Shown here piece by piece: positions 11,102 through 23,911 of a stretch of DNA of 64,000 nt. This DNA comes from Paecilomyces variotii (taxonomy: Eukaryota). Made by a program: the position numbers and the translations under genes. The stretch is taken from NCBI GenBank assembly GCA_004022145.1, contig RCNU01000002.1. One strand, given 5' to 3'. Below the pieces are notes generated by a model, which saw nothing but the letters and a program-made list of their open reading frames with translations, had not been told where the DNA came from and ran no database searches. Position 1 is the stretch's first letter; every line of letters begins with the position of its first letter.

Positions 11102-14100
11102 CTATTGTGAGAGTGGGATTTCCGGGGCGGTAGTGAACTCGTCGCGCTCAGGCATAGCAGGCCGAGTCTCGTTCGAAGACTGTTCAATGCCCTTCCCTTC
11201 ATCACCGATGGGTGATACCACGCCCGAAGCACAGTTAATGGACCGCACACTTGCTGACATCCTCGAATGATCGGGTTCTAAACCATCAGTGAGAGGACCG
11301 GACTGTCCCGTATTGTCAGACTCTTGTCGGTATATGGAGTGGACTTCGTGAGACAGGCCGCTCTGTCTCTTGGCTTTCTGTCCGATAACGCCGGGGGCTC
11401 CAATGATCGCGATCGTGCTTGCGTTTGGATCTGGGCCCCTATCTCCATCAAGACTGGGTGCAAATCCATCCGACACGATGCTCATGCTTTCTCCCATGTC
11501 CGAAGTCACAGTAAGAGTAGGTCCCTGTGATCCTGCTGCCGAGGGCGGTCTATATTCAGCACGCAACGACGACCCTCGAATTAACGGAGCCACGCCCCTG
11601 GCGTTACGGAGAGTTTTAGTGCTTGTATTATCATCAGTGATGACAGATCTCGAATCGCCCGCATCAACATCGGTTAGGATGTAGGATGCCGATATATGGG
11701 AATCGGAAACAGGAGGTTGCAATGATGTAGTGTCGGTAGCCCCAGCAGAAGTTGCCGCAACAATACCACCGTCGGCCCCATTCTGTGTGATCGTAGTCGG
11801 AATACTGGATTCTCCAGAGATACTGGCTTGCCCAGTATCACTCACGGCACGTCTTCGACTAACAGATCTGCTTCGACCAGCTGATGAGAGTGAAGCCGCA
11901 TCCCTTTTCTGTAGGGATTTACTCCGACGACGGGATGTAGTCGCAGCTAGAACCGTTGGCGCATCACCACCGGTGATTCCGATGTTCGCTGTTTGGTCTG
12001 CCTGTCCCGCTCTGATCTCTCTTCGCAGTGTCCTCTCATCGTGTTTAGTGCTCCAAGCGTTCCACATCATCACGAGGGGGCTCCTTCGATGACGTCTCTT
12101 GCTCGTACCCAGAAGAGCCGACCGTCTGCCTGCCAGTGCACTTGGAGGTGGAGTTTCACCATCAAATCGCTCGATACCAGCTGCCAACTCTTTGATGCGT
12201 GCACTCTGGACCTTGAGCTTCTCTTTTGCGAATTTGTGATCCCATTCTTTCTTGGCTGCTATCCATTTCTTCACAACGTCAGGATTGATGGCACCAACCT
12301 TCTCAGGAGGTTGCTGCAGAGCTTCAAGTGACTCGGGAGGATCCAGAGGGTAGATGTGGGCTTTCGTGTCGACTCTCTGGCGGATCATGTGGTGGTGGAA
12401 TGGTGGCAAAGGATCACCGGCTCTCCCAACGGAAGAGGGCATCGTGTTAGTTCCTTTCCGCTCTGAATGGTCAGTGTTATGGTCATCGGTATCGGTGCCA
12501 CTAGTTGAGATGACGGAAACATCGTCGTCATCAAGGATGTCGATCTCTGTCCTCTGTGCACGAGCAAGTGCCCAAGCTCCAAACTGTGCAATTGATCTGA
12601 ACATGTACTTGGCAGGTCTTGTAAAACTCAATGTTGGTGCCACATGGCATAGGCCATCCCACACCTGCAACTGCACAAACGTAGGTGCGTATTTATTGAG
12701 AATCTCTCGGTTCGGATCATACTCGTTGAGATATACGTCGTTGGGAGGGTATTTCTTTGGATCGGCCGCCTTGTGCGCGAGGTAGATCTGTTCATCGCGC
12801 AACATCTCACCGCCTCCTGTAAGAATCAAAAGGGGAGGAAGACCACCAAGCGACGGTTGCAGGACAGGAGATACGAGTGGGTGAGAGATAAGTTGGTTTG
12901 TCGTGTACATTTGAATCTGATCCTTGATCTCCAGCTCCTTGTCGTCCACGATAACCCGCAAGTTGTCAGCAGGTTTGACCGGCGCTTGAGGTTCTTCTGA
13001 TGGTGGCACTTCATCTTGATGACCTGGATATGCGAAGTGCGCCGCCTTCTGCTCTTCGGAAAGATTAGTTTGACGCACGGTATAGCCGTGAACGTGAGCC
13101 TCGTGCGACTCCCTGTTATCGTTTGAGGTGGCCGGCTCCAGGCCCTTGCTTTTAGCAATTTGGTCGTGAGCACCTTGCTCAATCGCAAGCATATCATCTG
13201 CATTGGGAGGCGGCCATGCAGCAGATGGTTTCTGCATGAAGCCGTAGGGCGGAATATAGTCTCCAGGGTTGTCTTTGACTATACTCGGAAAGGAATGTGT
13301 TAGGTCAACCCAAGGAGATATAAGTATACCGCCAGCTGGGAGCGGTATTCCACGGTCACGAATTGTAACCAACATACTATAGAATTCATCAGCTATGGAA
13401 CTTCCCTTGTATGATTCGGAGAGACTCACGACACCACCATTCCACCGCCAGCAGAATCTCCGGCCAGGATGATCTCCGTCGGATCATGTATGCTGAGAAG
13501 ATATAGATACGCTGCTAGGCAGTCATGAAGTGCACAAGGAAATGGAAATTGCGGCGACAAGCGGTAGATGGCTGTTCTCTGTTAGTTTCGTCATGTTATG
13601 CATAGTTACATCTGGAACTCACTGCAACTAGTTAGCTAAAGCTGACAACGGATCATAAACTGGGTTCCAGGGCCATACCGTGCAAATACTCGAGCTTTCA
13701 GCTTCCGTGCATGTCGCTGCATCTGATACCGATGCGTCTCCATGCCACCGAAGAAATATGCTCCGCCGTGAACATATAGCATGACGCGCTTGCAATGAGC
13801 ACCAGAAGCTTTGTTTTCATTGTAATCGCCTCGCACCTCGATCCATTCCGCCTTCAGATCTTGCCCGGGTAATCGCCATTGCCACCACTTCTCACCCCCA
13901 ACGCGCTTGACGCCCTTGGGACCCAACTCATCAATCACCGTCTTTGCCGCCGTCGCCAGATACTCCTCGGGTATCGTCACGACCTCCGACCTGACCCAGT
14001 GCGGACTTGGAATCGATTGATTTGTGAAGGCCTGGAGGTCTTCGACTGTATGATACGATGCATAACGGAGAAACTCGCGGAGGACATGCAGGGCCTCGTC

Positions 14101-14305
14101 GTACGATAAATGATGGGTAGGCTTATGGCGCAGTGATTTACGATGAAGGTACTGTCAAGGCGATCCGGTTAATACTCACTCGAGCATGTATAGGGTCGTC
14201 AACTGGGCCGACAGAGACACTTTCAGGGGTACTCACATGGGATATAAATGTCGACACTACTGTAGGGGCCACAGCTGCACCCAGTGATAGTGTATGTATC
14301 GTCAT
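11102..14305 (-). CDS. lipS: Alpha/beta-hydrolase (HSL-like lipase/esterase) with a long disordered C-terminus; probable lipS orthologue
   Basis: Exons 14305-14237, 14151-13680, 13571-13430 and 13376-11102. Motifs [51 protein letters not shown] and CHV. The gene symbol is tentative. Confidence 0.85.
13572..13679 (-). other. [D1,2] spliceosomal twin intron (stwintron)
   Basis: Minus strand reads G | GTATGG...GCTAAC...TTGCAG (internal intron 13678-13622) | TGAGT...ACTAAC...AACAG (13621-13572). Removing the inner intron creates a GTGAGT donor. Removing both restores the frame FA-P-IYRL. Confidence 0.85.
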
Positions 14306-15573
14306 AATGCTGGTCTTTCCAAAGCACACCTCGAAACAGAACGAGCGGAGGACCTATTTAAAGGGAAGTTTGTATTCGAGGGACTCAATGACACTGTGCA
14401 TGTGGAACAATTGCTTTGCTGTTACTTGGCGTTCACGGGGCAATGCGACAAACAGTCCAGCTATACGCGCTCCAAAAGCAGAGCAGTGTCCAAAAAGGAG
14501 GGAAAGGGAGATCTTTGATATACAAAAGGGACTGAACCTGGACGGGCAAACATGGAACCAAGTTCGCCTGGGCCCCTGGCGCCGAAGCAGGACGAAAGGA
14601 ACAACTGGGGAGAAGAGAGACTACGGTTGGTCGGATCAGCAGTTGATCCGGTTGCACAAGATCTGGGGAAGGAGCGACTCAACCCTGGCGTCGGTGATGT
14701 CATGCGGCTTGCTCCTGCCAGGTTGGCGGGAGAGCTTCTTCGCGCCTTCCTCTTTCGAGTGTAGCTTTGTTTACGTCACGGTCGCTCTTTCCTTCCCGCC
14801 ATCGCAGTCGTTGATTGCCCTTTCCCAGCGTTTGTTTGCTTCCGACCAACAGTTGGCACCAGCTTCATCCGATCATCGATGCGAGGAAATCTTGCAGAAG
14901 ATGCTTTGTATTCCAGAGCAACTATGTGGCGTCCTCTTATGGTAGATTATGTAGACGATATGCCGATATGCTCCAGTTGATATTTCCCCCCCTGCATGCC
15001 GGAATCCACCGAACGTTCCTGCGGGTGGTGGTGAAGAGGGTGTATGACTGAATATAGGCAACTGACTTTGTAGAAACAACACAGATATCCCATTTGGCCA
15101 CATCCTAATATTTCACAGTTATCGATCCATATTTGTGGAAGAGATGCGCCAGAACTAGTTAGACATCAGATGACGGCATAACTGTATTGAAGGTTAATAT
15201 TGATAGAACTACACATAGTACTTCCTACAGAGCAAAAGCGCCAATATGTGTCCAACAGAAATAAGGGACTGGACCATGTGCTTTGCTACACTGGCCAGAA
15301 CATTGACATTATGGTTATTCACTGTGATAATATTATTAGGATGAAGGCCCAAACCATATGTCCTGATATAGTTATCCCTGCTCTAACGCCTAGCCTTCCT
15401 GAGACAAACGTCAAACGTCGCACGAACCACGGCACCGTTCCCATCCAGCTCCGCTAGCGTTTTGTGATAGCATCCATCCCGCACCATAATAATAACTCCA
15501 ACTCATTGTTCCCAACAACATCGACGGACTAGAGGGTCTGTTATACTACAGACTCGAAAACAAGCTCGCCACT

Positions 15574-16593
15574 ATGGCCGATTCCGATAAACTTCCCACG
15601 CAGATGAAAGCATGGCTCTACAGCAGCACTGCTGGCGGGATAGAGAAGAACCTCAGCCTCTCCACTTCCGCACGCGTGCCGCCAACCGTCCGCCAGGACC
15701 AGCTGCTAGTGCAGGTGATTTCCGTGTCTATTAATCCCGCCGATATTAAGGTCCCCGAAGGCCCTATTACTCGAGTGATCATATCGAAGCCTGCTTCGCC
15801 GTGTATGGACTTTTGTGGCAAGGTCATCACCGTGGGCCCTAATGTCACCGAATTCGAGCCCGGCCAGTTGGTATATGGATCCCTCGGGTTACCGACGCAA
15901 TTCGGGACGTTAGGAGAGTATATCATCGCTCCCACCAGCGGCACTGCGCTTCTCCCAGGAGGGGTCGATCCCGATCATGCAGCAACCCTTGGAGTTGCCG
16001 GTCAGACGGCGTACCAGGCTCTTGAACCCTACGTGAGTGCGGGAGACAAAGTCTTCATCAACGGAGGCTCGGGGGGCTGCGGTATATTTGCCATCCAAAT
16101 TGCCAAGCTGCTTGGTTGCCACGTTACCACATCTTGCTCGACGAAAAACGTGCAGTTTTGCAAGGATCTCGGGGCAGATGAAGTGCTCGACTACACCGCT
16201 GTGGACGTCACGGCGACCCTGAAGGACAAAGGCCAGGTGTTCAGCCATGTAATCGACCACATCGGTATCCCGTTGAACCTCTACAGCGAGTGCCATCACT
16301 TTCTCCTGCCTGGGAAGAGTTTCGTGCAAGTGGGTGCAGCATCGATGCTGACCTATGTCAACCGCGTAGCAAGACCCAGGCTGTTGGGGGGTGGTCGGAG
16401 AAAGTTCGACATCTTGCTGTGGAGGAACAAGAAAGATGGTCTGGTACGTGTCGGAGAATGGATGCATGAAGGCAAGATCAAAGCGGCTCTTGACAGCACG
16501 TTTGAATTCGAAGACGCCGTCAAGGCCTTTGAGAAACTGCGGACGGGTCACGCAAGAGGAAAGATAGTGATACACGTCACGCCAAAGCCGTAA
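15574..16593 (+). CDS. NAD(P)H-dependent medium-chain reductase (quinone/enoyl reductase-like, RTN4IP1/AST1-like)
   Basis: Intronless 339-aa ORF with SINPAD, DFCGKV, INGGSGGCGIFAIQIAK, LGADEVLDY and GHARGKIVI. Confidence 0.9.
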   Translation: MADSDKLPTQMKAWLYSSTAGGIEKNLSLSTSARVPPTVRQDQLLVQVISVSINPADIKVPEGPITRVIISKPASPCMDFCGKVITVGPNVTEFEPGQLVYGSLGLPTQFGTLGEYIIAPTSGTALLPGGVDPDHAATLGVAGQTAYQALEPYVSAGDKVFINGGSGGCGIFAIQIAKLLGCHVTTSCSTKNVQFCKDLGADEVLDYTAVDVTATLKDKGQVFSHVIDHIGIPLNLYSECHHFLLPGKSFVQVGAASMLTYVNRVARPRLLGGGRRKFDILLWRNKKDGLVRVGEWMHEGKIKAALDSTFEFEDAVKAFEKLRTGHARGKIVIHVTPKP

Positions 16594-16900
16594 AATGCCT
16601 TATTCGGACATTATGCCAACATATCTTCTTAAATCTTAACCAAGCAATTGCGGGCAATTGTCTCCACTGTTATCATGTGAAGATTGAGGTTGTTTATGTA
16701 TTATACTAACAATCGTTTTCATGGGCTGCATGTACACTTATATTTTGCGCCCTCTGCAAACAAAATTTCATCCTTACATCTAGGATGGCATGATCAGAAA
16801 CTATTGACACGAGCGTTATAACCAGTATCATGCTCGTCAGTATATAACATAGTATCTCTAGTTCAATCATCACCAGCAAAGCTTTTTTCTTTCTTTTTTC

Positions 16901-18259
16901 TCAGTTGAAGAATGTCAAAGCAGCAAGAGACATAGCATCGATGCCCGTTTTTAGTGTTGGCTCAATAACAGGCGCAAAGAACGGGGAGTGGTTACTAGGA
17001 AGCTCTTCTAATTTCCCCCGTGCCTTGGCATCCTCCCATTTCTCAGCATCCACACCACCAAAGTTCCAATAGACATACGGAGCGCCAACTGCGGTAGCCA
17101 GAATCGAGAAGTCTTCACTGGCAGTAGATGGTTTCGATTCCACCATTCTGTCCTTGAAGTAGGGATTGAATGTCCCCTTGAGCTTCTCTACTGTTGCCTC
17201 ATCATTAACAGTTGATGGGCTAGAGAATGTACGTTTGATAGTCGGCTTCTCTACAGCACCGGAGGCCTGGCACTCTGCTTCGATGATTCTGTGCAGAGAA
17301 TTTAGGACACGTTCCCTGATCTCTGGACTGTACGTTCGTACGTTCAGCTTCAGATCCAAGAAGTCAGGGATGACATTCTCCGCATCACCGGCATGGATGC
17401 TGCCGCAAGTCACAACCGCTAACTCGCCTGGCGTAACCTCTCTACTGACTATCGTCTGTAGACGAGACACGAGCGAACATCCGATGACAATGGGATCGAT
17501 GCAATGATCCGGCATTGAGCCATGCCCTCCGCGACCGTGAATGCGAACTGAAAACGAGTCGCTGGCAGTCAGAATAGGGCCAGCAAGGACAGCGACGGTC
17601 CCCGTCTTCATTTTCATAACGTGCTGTCCGAGTACAACATCCGGCTTCGGAATCTTGTTATAAAGCCCATCGTCAACCATCGCCTGCGCACCATTAAGGT
17701 GCTCTTCAGCTGGCTGAAAGACGCAGATAAGCGTTCCACTCCAATGCGCTCGGGAGGAATGCAACACAGTCGCAGCAGCCATTAAGCTCGTAACGTGTGT
17801 ATCATGGCCGCAAGCATGCATCGTTGGTTTTTCGACGCCATCAGTGTCGACCATGCGTTTCTTGCTTGCGTACTCAAGGCCTGTCTTCTCAAAAACAGGC
17901 AGGCCGTCCATATCTGCCCGCAAGAGAACCGTTTTACCGGGTCCATTGCGCAAGACACCAGCTACACCATGGCCGCCAATCTTGGTGTGTACCTCAAAGC
18001 CTAAGCTCTCAAGATGCCCAGCAGCTATGGCAGCTGTCTGCTCTTCTTGGGACGAGAGCTCTGGTGAAGCGTGAAGGCGCCGATATATGGCCTCGAAGGG
18101 GTCCAGCTGTGGACGATATTTCTCCACAATGGCCCCGAGGTCTGTGGTCGCAGGTCCTAGAACATATGTCAATATACCATGCGGTCGTAGCAATCGACGA
18201 CTTAGCTCGGGGAACAGAGATCAATCATTAAACTTACGAACGATGCGTTTTATCGTCAT
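16901..18259 (-). CDS. Peptidase M20 family amidohydrolase (M20D/Acy1-like)
   Basis: Exon 18259-18238, a GTAAGT..TAG intron, then exon 18156-16901. Motifs HASPELS, LRADMDGLP, MHACGHD, FQPAEE, GRGGHGS, SEDF and NHSP. Confidence 0.92.
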
Positions 18260-18687
18260 ATTTTAGCGTTCGTCACTGCCAGAGAGCGAATTGCTGTTTC
18301 GAATAAAACATTGTCTGAACAATATCTATAAGGAGAATTTTCAATTGCGTCCTCGATTGTTGTTACTTTATTACTTTAATGCTGGCTGGCGGCTCCGGCC
18401 GTCAATGTTCCTGATAAGCACGCCCTATCTTAGAAACAGCCCAGCCCAGCCTCGGTTTCTCTCCGTCTTGATGCAACTAGCACTCTCCGCTTAATCGAAT
18501 CAGGCAGGCGGGCGATATTTTGGTGTTCATTGCTCCCCGCAGGCCTCCGAGCTTAGGAGCGGGGTATTCGGAGCTCTAAGAGTCATGATGTAAGACTCGT
18601 ATTCAGGATTTTCGTCAAGTCTTTGGAGTCTTTGTATCGAGCTGGCAGATTGGCAAGGTACACGATTAAAAATCCATCTATTGTATC

Positions 18688-20433
18688 TCAAAGATTCAAT
18701 ATGACCGCACTAGAATACGGGACTTCGATCTCAACAATACCTCCCTTCTGAACAGGCACCGTCTCCCCTACAGTAACATTATGCAGCCGGACAGGCTTTC
18801 CTTCATCCAGCTCATAATTATATGACCAACCATCCCATGTAATTCCCGTTACGGCATTACTTCCATTCGCGGACAGTCTCTGCACCGATAATGTACAATT
18901 CGTTGAAGGGATCTGGAAAGTATATTTGGCGGACGGTCTTTCGGCCGTTGGGTTCGCATCAGTGTAGTTATACTCCACCAGATTAACAACAGCGATGCGT
19001 TTCAATCTATCCTTGACGTAGGCAGCATATGCAGCCTCAGTCTCTTTGTGAAGGGGTAGATTGACAATCTGCACGTCGTCGCCTCCACGGACCATTTCTG
19101 CCACAAAGACGTTTCCGTAATACGGAGCTTTTGTTCCAATGGTGGTCTTATTTGTCTGGATTGGTTGCCACGCGTTATAACGGTAATCGAGGCCCTGGTG
19201 CATGTGCGTTCGGCGAATACCCTGTGATGCACAGTATAAGTTGAAGTCAACGCCCCAAAGAGCAGCGCCGAAGGCATTCGATAACCCCGGAGCGCCCTCG
19301 TTGTATAAAGAGTTTGTTTCCCCGAGAATATATGGAATGCCTGGAGTTAAATTCTCCGACGAAAGGATGCGAGAGATATTGACATGTTGAGCCACGCTGT
19401 TGACAGTAGAAGTGTGGTTCATCAGTGTGTGCTGCAAAGTCACTCCAGGTTGAGTAGCGCCGCCAATATAACTGCACGTAGGTCAGTACTCGATGAGATA
19501 CAGAACAGACCAACGCATACAGGGTCTCTTACTTGTGTTCCGAATTCAGAGCGATATCATGGTCAGTGTTGAGCCCCTCCCTCCAAGTCGTCACAGGATT
19601 TAAGCTGTTTGAGACCCCAGCAAAAGATGGCGCGATATACTGATATTTTGAATCGTTCACCATATCTGGACAACTCTTCTCGAGGGCGCTCTTGATAAGT
19701 CTGGTCTTAGTCAACCATTCATCGACGTAGTCTTTCTCCGTCCAATTCGATGGTCTGACCGGCCCTTGGGCAGAAGTTTTGTACAGGTCTGGCTCATTGC
19801 CCAATTCCCAATAAGCCAACTTGCCGCCTTGCAAAGCTTTGCACGCCAAAGGCACGGTCGCGAGCAAGCTGTCTATACCTTCGCTTCCGTTCTTGCCGAG
19901 ATTAAAGCCATGGCTAAACTTCGTTCCTGGCCACGTGGAATAGGACTCAAAGTATGATGGTCCGATAGACAATATTGTGGGATAATCGGTTGATTTGCTT
20001 GGAACGATAGTTCCATTCGTAGCGCTCTTCAATAATGGATCATAGAGCGCATAGTCCCTATATTCCTCTGTTAACTAGCAGAATAGCTTTTTTCCCGGTC
20101 GGTCTCCAAACGTACTGAGTATTTCCTCCTACGCGAATAATCGGTTGTGCACCCTGGATATTCCCTATATTATCTAACAGGTTCTTGGAGAATATATTTG
20201 GCTGAGATTTATTGCCTGTAGTGCATCAGCACACCCGGTATTTGTGAATAATCCAATTCAATTATACCTGCAAAATCCGGGAAAAAAGCGAATTCGATCG
20301 AGAAGCCCACGAAAGGTTGCAATACCGGAGGGCCTGCGTCTGCTGGAACTTTCTCATTGACAGCGACGGCATTGCTGGAGAGCGGCGTTGCAACAGCAAC
20401 AGAGGCCGCAGCAAGAATAACTGGGACTAGCAT
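18688..20433 (-). CDS. Secreted glycoside hydrolase family 79 (beta-glucuronidase-like)
   Basis: Exons 20433-20268, 20215-20116, 20057-19533 and 19471-18688. Signal peptide, FSIE, IRVGGNTQD, WELGNEPD (acid/base), LGETNS (nucleophile) and FGAALWGVDF. Confidence 0.9.
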
Positions 20434-20998
20434 CGCGTGGAATAATTGAAATGAGGCGTGCTTGCATGAACACTGAACCAGCGGCCATGGTCATCATTTA
20501 AGTAAAGAGGGCCTCCGCAATGTCAGATGCCATTGTTGCTACAAACAGCCCAGCCATTACAGTATGGCCGGGTTAATATGCCATTAGTCTAGATCCAGGA
20601 ACATTGCTTTTGTCATTGGAGCAAGATCTTGGGAGTTGGAAGTATCGTGCGGGGCGTGGGATCAAAGTGCCTGCGTGGCTGAGGAGATCTACAAGCGGAA
20701 ATGAATGTTATTGCTGGAAAAATTACTGCCTCTAACAGCGCTATGCATTAGGAAAATTAGGCAGAATTATCCAATTTTTTGCTGAGACATTGTATTCTGC
20801 CTATCAAGATTTGAACAATGGGGTTGTGCTCACTGCCTCAGAATTTCAGATCTTCTGACTTTTCCATCGAACGAATGTATAGACAAGAAATATACTATGG
20901 TGAAAACAAAGGCCATGTGCGATAGGCCAGGATCGATGAGTGAGCTGTTATCCAACTTACCACCTGTCATATGACAGTAGAAATTGAGAAGATATCAT

Positions 20999-21974
20999 CT
21001 AGATCTTGACGACGGAGAGATCCTTGATTGAATATGTTGTGTCTAGAAAACAGCAGTGTTAATATTCTGAAACAACAATCAAGATACGAGGGGCCTACTT
21101 GTTGTTGGACCCGGAGAGCCAGAAGACCCTTCCATTTGCAGGTCAATAATACTGTCGAAAGATCAGTAAACACAGGCATCATAAAGTGTTGTCACCAAGG
21201 TTCTACTTACAGCCACAACGGTTCGTCAATATAGTCAGAGCCATATTGAGTGGTCATGAGAATACCATCTAGGTAGAACTTGACGGAGATGTTCGAGCCA
21301 TCTTCGTCCCGAATCTCAGCTTTGACCGTGTGGAAGTTATCCGGTGAATCATATTCCAAGTTCTTTGCTTCGACGGAAGAGGAAGTCTGACCACTTGTGA
21401 GATATACAATCACTGCGAGAAAACTTCACATCGTAACCAGGACTTACGTTGAATGTATTGAAAGAGATGTCGCCGTTTCCTGAGACAAAAGTTGTTTGCA
21501 TTGATATCTGGAAAACATAGACATATCTTGCTGACCTTTCCACTCGGCGATATCAATCTCCGGAGGCCACGAATTTGCACCAGTGACCCAGAATGCTGGC
21601 CAAGTCCCTTTTTCTGTCGGAGCTTGAAACGACGCTTGAATGTCGTAACCAGATCCAGACTCAACAGTGAGTTTATTCAGAGCATACACTGTTCCAGAAA
21701 GGTAGTCGATATCAATGCCGCCGCTGGTGGCTGGCTGACCGCTTGTAGGTACAGCAGTTAGCGTAAGGGTACCTGCAGTCTTGATCGTAATGTAATCATG
21801 GTCAGACGAGTTTCCGACCATTCTTGCGGCACCATTATGATCGGAACCCCACGGGTACAAATATCCAAAGTAGGTTTCCAGCTCAGAGTACGAATTGAAG
21901 CATGAAGTGGGTATAACCGTTGTTGAAGCATAGGCCAAAGTGGCCAACGAGAATATGGCTGACAGGTGAGGCAT
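20999..21974 (-). CDS. Secreted glycoside hydrolase family 16, endo-beta-1,3-galactanase-like
   Basis: Exons 21974-21536, 21479-21448, 21386-21211, 21151-21099 and 21042-20999 join in frame. Signal peptide, YLYPWGSDHNGAARM, GTWPAFW, WPPEIDIAEWKG and LIIDLQMEGSSGSPGP. The GH16 call is firm; the specificity is from recall. Confidence 0.85.
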
Positions 21975-23911
21975 TTCTGTTGAATTTGAAGAAGCCAAGA
22001 GTTCTGCAAATCTGAATATAAAAGTGGTCTCCTCACGAAATTACTTGCTAGTCCGGACGAAGCCGAATACAATCGAAGGGAGACAGACGCGGCTTTTATA
22101 TGATGAGGCCTCATACGTATAGAAAAAAGGAATAACTGAATAGGAGACCACGTCCGGTCAGCGATTCCAACCCTTTTTTTATTTTCCATACTACCGGAAG
22201 CATAGGGTCCGCGACGAAGCTAGGTCCATTGGTGGAAAATGTAAACTGTTGCGTTATAATTTGTTTCATGTTTTTTGAGTTCCCTGCTCATACCACGAGA
22301 GCCGATCGAGAGCCCTGAGCAAAGCGATCAGCTCACTTAAACTTGACGCTGCAAAGTCGTTCGATTTGGCAACTTTCAGTTTAGGTGCCAAGAAAAACCA
22401 GTTTCTAACCAGAAATGATGATCTCGGTATGTTTCTTGCCGCATCTCCATGTTCATGAATACGTCGCACTAATTGTGCATTTACTCTCAACCTAGCGTTG
22501 TAACGATTTAGATTGGTTATACGAATATCTTTCCATGAACAACCGCACATGTATATGAGGGCAATTCAACAACTTTTTTGTTCCTGCTTTACATACCTAA
22601 GTGTCCATAGACCGAATCCGAAATCATATCAGCAAAAGAGGGAAGCTTTCCGGTGGCGGATATCCCAGCAACAGCTCGCAATGTTCCTTGCACGCCTCAG
22701 GATGCGATTCAAGAACAAATATTCTTCAGAAGTGCAGAGACGTCGTCATACCTGAAGGGAGTATTGCTGAATGTCGACGGATGCTAGTTGGGTTCGCTGG
22801 ATTCGTTCCAGGGAATCAGGAGAATCCGAGACCAAAAATCGAGTCCTCAGCGATTCTCTGTATGCCTTCCAAAGTTTGCGGGATTTTCAGTTCTGGAGGC
22901 ATGGTATGCATCTCTGTTTCCTACTTTTTGCACCAAATTTGGCTACCTGCATCTCTCTGGGGATATTGAGTCTCCACAACCGACAAGCGACCTTTGGCTG
23001 CTTTGATATCGAACAAGCCATTTCAATAGTTCATTATTGAGGCGTAAGTTCTATCAACACAAAAGTCGTCGGTCCAACAATCAAAGTTATGGATGACAGG
23101 TCACGTCGAAGCTGGGAGGGGGCATACTCTTCAAAGATTAACCTTATTATTGACTACTTGGGACCAAGAATAGCGGTGCTTCTTCGCCACAGTTCATACA
23201 AGGTATTATTTGAATTGGTTGAAACCAGAGAAATTCCCTGTCCAGTAATAAGTGAGTCTTCTGCTTCATTGCGAGATTCTCCCCACACGTGTAAACTTGG
23301 AGAAGACATCTGCGACAAGTGTCTGATGAGTTTCCTATACTGAGAAGCCATAAGCGGTCTTTCGAAAAATGTGCACTAAGACATACTTCGATAGATTGCT
23401 GCATATACCTGCAGCCACATTCAATATCATAAATGGAACGCCCCAGTAGGTCCGAATTTATGACCTCTATCAGGCACATCCAGGCCGCGAGCTAACCATG
23501 AGCTTAAGTTGATGGTTATCGAGAGATCACACATACCCACCTCTGGTTTTCGCCTTGTCCAATTGAAACCAACAAACAGAATGTAGTTTCTGTTATATGA
23601 GACACTCAACTCGAGCAAATGGGAGAAAAGACAAAGAGGCCGTCCGAGGGTGGCGCACTGATCAGTATAGCAGTGGAACGTCGCACATCATGAACTCAAA
23701 GACCGTACTTTACACATGTGACACGTACAGTACAATAATAGCAGTATACAATTTCTGAATTACTTCACTCTAGGAAAAGATAAGACTGTTTATTCAGATA
23801 TAGAGCGAATTTTCTCTGACACTGGGGGATTAAATGCCTTCCACGGTCTGCACATTGCGAGTACCTTCCTCCGTCCAGTGCATCTTTGCTATCGGTGGAC
23901 AGCAGCGAATA

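Noticed and set aside
14133-14945. 270-aa plus-strand ORF
   Set aside because: Non-ATG start, no recognisable motifs, and antisense to lipase exon 1 and its CT-rich 5' region.
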